Assembly: GCA_031425655.1 (NCBI GenBank)
Contig: JANPJS010000027.1
Coordinates: 1 to 12,928, forward strand
DNA: 12,928 nucleotides
From: Abditibacteriaceae bacterium
GTDB taxonomy: Bacteria; Armatimonadota; Abditibacteriia; Abditibacteriales; Abditibacteriaceae
Direction: 5' to 3'
In this document: piece by piece, positions 8,276 to 12,928 of the stretch
How positions within the stretch are numbered: position 1 is the first letter of the stretch
How the letters are laid out: each line of letters begins with the position of its first letter
Translations under genes and position numbers: made by a program
The notes under the pieces: model-generated
What the model was told of the DNA's origin: nothing
The model's input: the letters and a program-made list of their open reading frames with translations, nothing else
Databases searched by the model: none

Positions 8276-11200
8276 ATGCTTCATTTGTTTCTGCGTTTAT
8301 TAACGCTCACCGTTTTGCTGTCTTGCGCCGCTTTCGCGCAGGCCGACGAAGGTTTGCTGCTGCACTGGAAGTTCGACGAAGGCAAAGGCGGCGTCACGGC
8401 GGACGCGGCGGGGCAAGGCGTGAACGGCCAGACGACGGCGGGTTGGGCCGCTTCGCCATTGGGCGGCGCCGCGTTGCTCGACGGCACAGCAGCTACGGTC
8501 GTGAAAACCGTTTTGCCGCCGGAAAAGCGCTTGGGGAAAGATTCGTGGACGGTCATGGCGTGGGTCAAACCGCAGCAGTTCACCATTGAAAGCGCGCAGA
8601 ATCAGCGGCGGCTTTTTGCTTACGGCGCTTATCCTCAGGCGTTTTTCTGCGTGGACGTTTTCAGCAGCGGCGCCATTTCGCTGTATTCGACTTACCAAGT
8701 GGCGGGAAAGAATATCTCGGCGGGCGCGTCCTCCGCGACGGGGCTGACGCTCGGCCAATGGTCGCACGTTGCCGTGGTGTGCGACCGCAAAGCTGGAATT
8801 GTCAGCATTTACATTAATGGCCGTCCACGCGGCGAGCAAAAGCTGCCGCCGGAATTCGACGCCGATTTGAGCGCGCATGGCGAGTTCACCGTCGGCAACG
8901 GCTGGCAGAATTACTGGGGCGCCGCCGACGAAGTGCGCCTTTACAAGCGCACCCTGAGCAAAGCTGAGGTCAAAGCCATGTTCGAGCCATTGAAAACCAC
9001 TTTCAACGTCGTTCCGACCGCCGCCGAAGCCGCTGCCGATGCGCTGGAAGTGATTCAAGGCGATTTTACTGCTGCCAACGCAGCGTGGGCCAAAAAAGAG
9101 TTCGTGGCGGCGCAGCAAAGCCTGAGAGCCATCATCGCCAACGCCAAAGCTCCGGCGCATTATCGCAGCTACGCGCACCTCAGAATCGCACAAAGCTACG
9201 TCGCGCAAAAGCAAACGGCGCAGGCCAAAAGCGAATACGAAAGAATCGCCGCAAGAGCCGATTATCCGCAAGTTCACCGTGATGAAGCCGCCGAATTAGG
9301 GCGCGAAATGGGCCGCGTTGCCAACGGCTTGCCGCCACGCGATCCGAACGCTTCGCGCGTGCACTTGCCCGCGACGGTGCAAAGCGGGCCGAGCCACTAT
9401 ATTTACCTTGCGCCCAACGGCAAAGATACTGGCGACGGCAGCGCGGAGCAGCCCTTGGCCACGCTGCAAAAAGCGCGCGATGCCGCGCGCGAACTGCGCG
9501 GCAAACTGCGTGGCAGAGGCTACGTGGAAATTTTGCTGGCGCCCGGCGAATACAAAATCACGCAAACGTTGGAGCTGGATGCAAAAGACGGTGGCGCGCT
9601 CGGCGCTCCGATTGTCTATCGCGCGCAAAAACCCGGCACAGCGATTCTTTATGGCGGCACGCGATTGACTGGCTTTGCGCCCGTGACTGACGCGGCGATT
9701 TTGGAACGACTGCTCGCCGAGGCGCGCGGAAAAGTGCTGCAAATTGATTTAAAAGCGCGCGGTATCACCGATTACGGCGCTTTAGCGGTGCGCGGATTCG
9801 GTCAAGCGCCGTCGCCGCCGACGCTGGAACTTTATGTTAATCAGCAGCCGCAAACGCTGGCGCGCTGGCCCAACGCGGGCTTTGTCAAGCCGACGAAGTT
9901 GGTCGAATCGGGCAATAAAGCGCAAGGCAAGCCTTCGGTTTTCGGTTACGATGACGAGCGCCACGCGCGGTGGACAAAGGCCAAAGATGCGTGGATTTTC
10001 GGCTATTTTAAGTGGCTGTGGGCCGACGCGACCGCCAAAATCGGCAAAATTGACACGACGGCCAAAACCATTACTACCGCCGAAGGCTACGATTACGGCG
10101 GCGGCATGAGTATGGAGCAGGGCATCATTTATTATGCTTTCAACCTGCTCGAAGAAATTGACCGGCCCGGCGAATGGTATCTTGACCGCGATAGCGGCAT
10201 TCTCTATTTGTATCCGCCCGGCGATTTAACCAAAGCGACGGTTGAGCTTTCGCTGCTCAGCCAGCCGATGATTTCCGCGACAAACCTCGCCAACGTGCGC
10301 TTTGAAGGCATAGTTTTCGATTTGGCGCGCGGCGACGGCATCGTGCTACGCGATTCCAAAGATTGCGCCTTCACCGGTTGCACTGTCAAGCGCATGGCGG
10401 GCAACGGCATCCGCATTTTGGGCGGCTTTCGCAACACGCTGCTCAGTTGCGACGTGCATACCATCGGACGGCGCGCCACCGAAGTTATCGGCGGCGACCG
10501 CGAAACGCTGACGCCGGGCGGCCATGTCGTCGCCAATTGTCGCATTCACAACTTCGGGCGCATTGACCGCACTTATACGCCGGGTATTCAACTCGAAGGC
10601 GTCGGCCACCGCGTAGCGCACAACCTGTTTTTCGATTGCCCCAGCAGCGTGATGCGCATCGAAGGCAACGACCATCTCATCGAATACAACGAAGTTCACG
10701 ACGCGGTTTTGGAATCCGACGATCAGGGCGCGATGGAATTGTTTGCCAACCCCACTTATCGCGGCGTGGTGTTCCGGCATAATTCGTTCGCGCGCATTGG
10801 CATTCCGCCGGGTCAGCAAATGGCGCATGGGCAGGCGGGCATTCGTTTCGACGATGCCATCAGCGGAATGCTGGTTTATGGCAACGTGTTTTATCGCGCG
10901 GCCAACGGCAAATTCGGCGGCGTGCAGATGAATTCGGGCCGCGACAACATCATGGACAACAACTTGTTCGTCGAGTGCGCGCAAGGCATCAGCGGCGGCT
11001 ATTATTCAACCAATAACGTGTGGAAACAGTTGCGCGCCGGTGAGAAAAGAGAAGGCGTTTTCACTAACGAACTTTATTTGAAGCGTTATCCGAAAATCGC
11101 TACGATGCTGGATGAACCGGCGGTGAATCACGTTTGGCGCAACGTGTTTTACAAGTGCGGGCGCGACTTCAGCGGCAACCGCGCCGCGCTCGAAGAACTT

Positions 11201-11377
11201 GCCAACGGCGTGTTTGAAAGCGATCCAGGATTCGTGGATGCGGCCAAAGGCGACCTACGCCTCAAGCCGGGGGCGCCGCTTTTGGAGACTATCGGTTTTC
11301 GGCCCATTCCTATTGATGAAATCGGCCTCTATCCCGACCAATGGCGCCCTGTGACCGGCAAAAACGCGCCAAATTAA
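8276..11377 (+). CDS. Secreted LamG + TPR-like + right-handed parallel beta-helix (GH141-like) protein
   Basis: AAGGA SD and signal peptide ending AFA. LamG domain (LLLHWKFDEG...WSHVAVV...IYING...DEVRLYKRTLS), Ala-rich helical repeats, then IYLAPNGKDTGDGS.EQPLATL..ARDA.R, TLARWPN.G, EEIDRPGEWYLD, DQGAME and GIRFDD, as in GH141-related beta-helix proteins. Confidence 0.85.
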   Translation: MLHLFLRLLTLTVLLSCAAFAQADEGLLLHWKFDEGKGGVTADAAGQGVNGQTTAGWAASPLGGAALLDGTAATVVKTVLPPEKRLGKDSWTVMAWVKPQQFTIESAQNQRRLFAYGAYPQAFFCVDVFSSGAISLYSTYQVAGKNISAGASSATGLTLGQWSHVAVVCDRKAGIVSIYINGRPRGEQKLPPEFDADLSAHGEFTVGNGWQNYWGAADEVRLYKRTLSKAEVKAMFEPLKTTFNVVPTAAEAAADALEVIQGDFTAANAAWAKKEFVAAQQSLRAIIANAKAPAHYRSYAHLRIAQSYVAQKQTAQAKSEYERIAARADYPQVHRDEAAELGREMGRVANGLPPRDPNASRVHLPATVQSGPSHYIYLAPNGKDTGDGSAEQPLATLQKARDAARELRGKLRGRGYVEILLAPGEYKITQTLELDAKDGGALGAPIVYRAQKPGTAILYGGTRLTGFAPVTDAAILERLLAEARGKVLQIDLKARGITDYGALAVRGFGQAPSPPTLELYVNQQPQTLARWPNAGFVKPTKLVESGNKAQGKPSVFGYDDERHARWTKAKDAWIFGYFKWLWADATAKIGKIDTTAKTITTAEGYDYGGGMSMEQGIIYYAFNLLEEIDRPGEWYLDRDSGILYLYPPGDLTKATVELSLLSQPMISATNLANVRFEGIVFDLARGDGIVLRDSKDCAFTGCTVKRMAGNGIRILGGFRNTLLSCDVHTIGRRATEVIGGDRETLTPGGHVVANCRIHNFGRIDRTYTPGIQLEGVGHRVAHNLFFDCPSSVMRIEGNDHLIEYNEVHDAVLESDDQGAMELFANPTYRGVVFRHNSFARIGIPPGQQMAHGQAGIRFDDAISGMLVYGNVFYRAANGKFGGVQMNSGRDNIMDNNLFVECAQGISGGYYSTNNVWKQLRAGEKREGVFTNELYLKRYPKIATMLDEPAVNHVWRNVFYKCGRDFSGNRAALEELANGVFESDPGFVDAAKGDLRLKPGAPLLETIGFRPIPIDEIGLYPDQWRPVTGKNAPN

Positions 11378-11406
11378 TTGATTCCGGAATAGATCAACCC
11401 GATTTT

Positions 11407-12405
11407 ATGCGAATTCGCTTTGCCGTCATCGGCATCAATCACTTTCATATTTATCGCATGACGCAGGCTGTGCTGGGTGGCGGCGGCGAATTGACGGCTT
11501 ATTTCGCGCCCGACGAAGCGTGGGCCGCCGAATATGGCAAAGCGTATCCCTCGGCGCGGCGCGTGTTCGATCAACGCGAGATTTTGGAAGACGAGAGCCT
11601 TCAATTGGTGCTGAGCGCCGGCATTCCGTCGCAGCGGGCGCCGCTCGGCATCGAAGTCATGCGCCACGGCAAAGATTATTTGTGCGACAAAGCCGGGTTT
11701 TTGAATTTGGACGACTTAGCTGAAGCCCGCCGCGTGCAAGCCGAAACCGGGCGAATTTTCAGCATCAGTTACAGCGAGCGGCTGCTGGAAAAAGGCTCAT
11801 GGCGCGCCGGCGAACTGGTGCGACAAGGCGCCATCGGGCGCGTGTTGCAAACCGTGATTGTCGCGCCGCACGATTTGAAGAGAATCACGCGCCCGCCGTG
11901 GTTTTTCGAGCGCCGTCATTACGGCGGGATTCTCACCGACATCGGTTCGCATCAAATCGAGCAGTTTCTCTATTATTCGCGCCTCGAACACGCCGAAATC
12001 GTCAGCGCGCAGGTCGCCAATTATTGCCATCCGCAGCATGGGGAATTCGAGGATTTCGGCGAAGTTCTGCTGCGCGGTCAAACGTCGGACGGCCAGCCGT
12101 GCAGCGCCTATATTCGCGTGGATTGGCTGATTCCCGAAGGCGCCAAAAGCAGCGGTCGCCACCGCGTTTTGCTGGGTAGCGAAGGCGTTCTCGAACTGGA
12201 ACACGCCGCGCTTTCGCTGTCAAATTCGCAGGGCACGGAGCGCATTGACTGCGCGGCTACCGAACTCCCATTTGGGCAGCTTCTGGTGGACGACGTTATC
12301 AACCGCACGCAAACCGCGATGCCACAGCAACACTGTTTTTACGCGTCCGAACTGACGATTCGCGCCCAAATGCAAGCCACGCGACACGGACATTTGCGCG
12401 ACTAA
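11407..12405 (+). CDS. Gfo/Idh/MocA family NAD(P)-dependent oxidoreductase (YteT-like)
   Basis: IRFAVIGINHFHIY Rossmann start, HGKDYLCDK, YSERL, RPPWFF...YGGILTDIGSHQIEQFL and YIRVDW. ATG 11407 is preferred over 11341, which overlaps the upstream gene. Confidence 0.9.
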   Translation: MRIRFAVIGINHFHIYRMTQAVLGGGGELTAYFAPDEAWAAEYGKAYPSARRVFDQREILEDESLQLVLSAGIPSQRAPLGIEVMRHGKDYLCDKAGFLNLDDLAEARRVQAETGRIFSISYSERLLEKGSWRAGELVRQGAIGRVLQTVIVAPHDLKRITRPPWFFERRHYGGILTDIGSHQIEQFLYYSRLEHAEIVSAQVANYCHPQHGEFEDFGEVLLRGQTSDGQPCSAYIRVDWLIPEGAKSSGRHRVLLGSEGVLELEHAALSLSNSQGTERIDCAATELPFGQLLVDDVINRTQTAMPQQHCFYASELTIRAQMQATRHGHLRD

Positions 12406-12456
12406 ATTTAAGGACAGGCAACCAAAATAAACACCGAATTTTCCTCCGAACAAGCC

Positions 12457-12804
12457 GTGACGAAGGCGGCAGCAGGCGAATATCTGACTTTTGATTGGGG
12501 CCGCATCAATTGGACGGTGGCGCGCAGTCTGGGCAACTCCGACACGCTGACTTTCGGTCTTGTCACCATCAAAGCGGGACAGGCCAACCCGCGCCATCGC
12601 CATCCGAATTGCGACGAGATTTTGCATGTTATTTCGGGCCGAATCGAGCATTCGCTGGGCGATGAGCGCTTCGTGATGAACGCCGGCGACACGATTTCGA
12701 TTCCCACTGGTCTGTGGCACAACGCCAAAGCAATCGGCGCCGAAGACGCGCAAATGGTGATTTGCTTTTCCTCCGCCGACCGCGAAACTGAAGGCGAATT
12801 TTAA
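12457..12804 (+). CDS. Cupin_2 domain protein (start uncertain, may extend to 12427)
   Basis: Cupin motif 1 HRHPNCDEILHVISG and motif 2 GDTISIPTGLWH, with an intact His/His/Glu/His metal site. Confidence 0.88.
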   Translation: MTKAAAGEYLTFDWGRINWTVARSLGNSDTLTFGLVTIKAGQANPRHRHPNCDEILHVISGRIEHSLGDERFVMNAGDTISIPTGLWHNAKAIGAEDAQMVICFSSADRETEGEF

Positions 12805-12817
12805 GAGCTGTTTTATT

Positions 12818-12928
12818 ACTCATGTTACGCGGTCGGTTTTGGTAGAGGCGTTGAGTGTGTGCCCTGCGATTGAAATCGCGGCTCAAGGCCTTTGGCCGAG
12901 CGTCCGCCTTCGCGGACGGGGTTTCGAG
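12818..12928. repeat. REP-like multi-hairpin element preceded by a family-A-like terminal motif (runs off-window)
   Basis: ACTCATGTTACGCGGTC (12818-12834) is 15/17 identical to the reverse complement of 2234-2250. Hairpins CTGCGAT-TGAA-ATCGCGG (12864-12881), GGCC-TTT-GGCC (12887-12897) and CGTCCGC-CTTC-GCGGACG (12901-12918). Confidence 0.7.

Noticed and set aside
8300..9277. Long antisense or alternate-frame ORFs (also 3483-4202, 6002-6604, 7139-7690, 10346-10984, 12220-12753)
   Set aside because: They are shadows of well-supported genes in GC-rich DNA and have no recognisable motifs.
11341..11406. Upstream start for the oxidoreductase
   Set aside because: It overlaps the previous gene by 37 bp, and the Rossmann fold begins right after ATG 11407.

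Overview
Bacterial chromosomal region of moderately high GC. The gene style is reminiscent of Armatimonadota/Abditibacteriota, but that is only an impression. It holds a divergently organised glycan-utilisation-like cluster. The minus strand carries a secreted LamG/ConA-like protein, a Tat-exported divergent GH105/GH88-like hydrolase, a PhyH-family Fe(II)/2OG dioxygenase and a ZIP transporter. The plus strand carries a secreted beta-helix + CBM48-like + CE1-type esterase fusion, a secreted LamG + helical + GH141-like beta-helix protein, a YteT-like Gfo/Idh/MocA oxidoreductase and a cupin. The most unusual signal is non-coding. Five intergenic sites (1-172, 1994-2250, 4788-4949, 8033-8257, 12818-end) hold gene-less palindromic MITE/REP-like elements from at least three sequence families. 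Most share one design: an outer terminal motif or TIR plus an inner array of short-period repeats. Two have TTA/TAA target-site duplications. Two homologous copies show arm-to-arm covariation and opposite core orientation. A 17-bp terminal motif is reused in front of a different payload. No transposase is present in the window.
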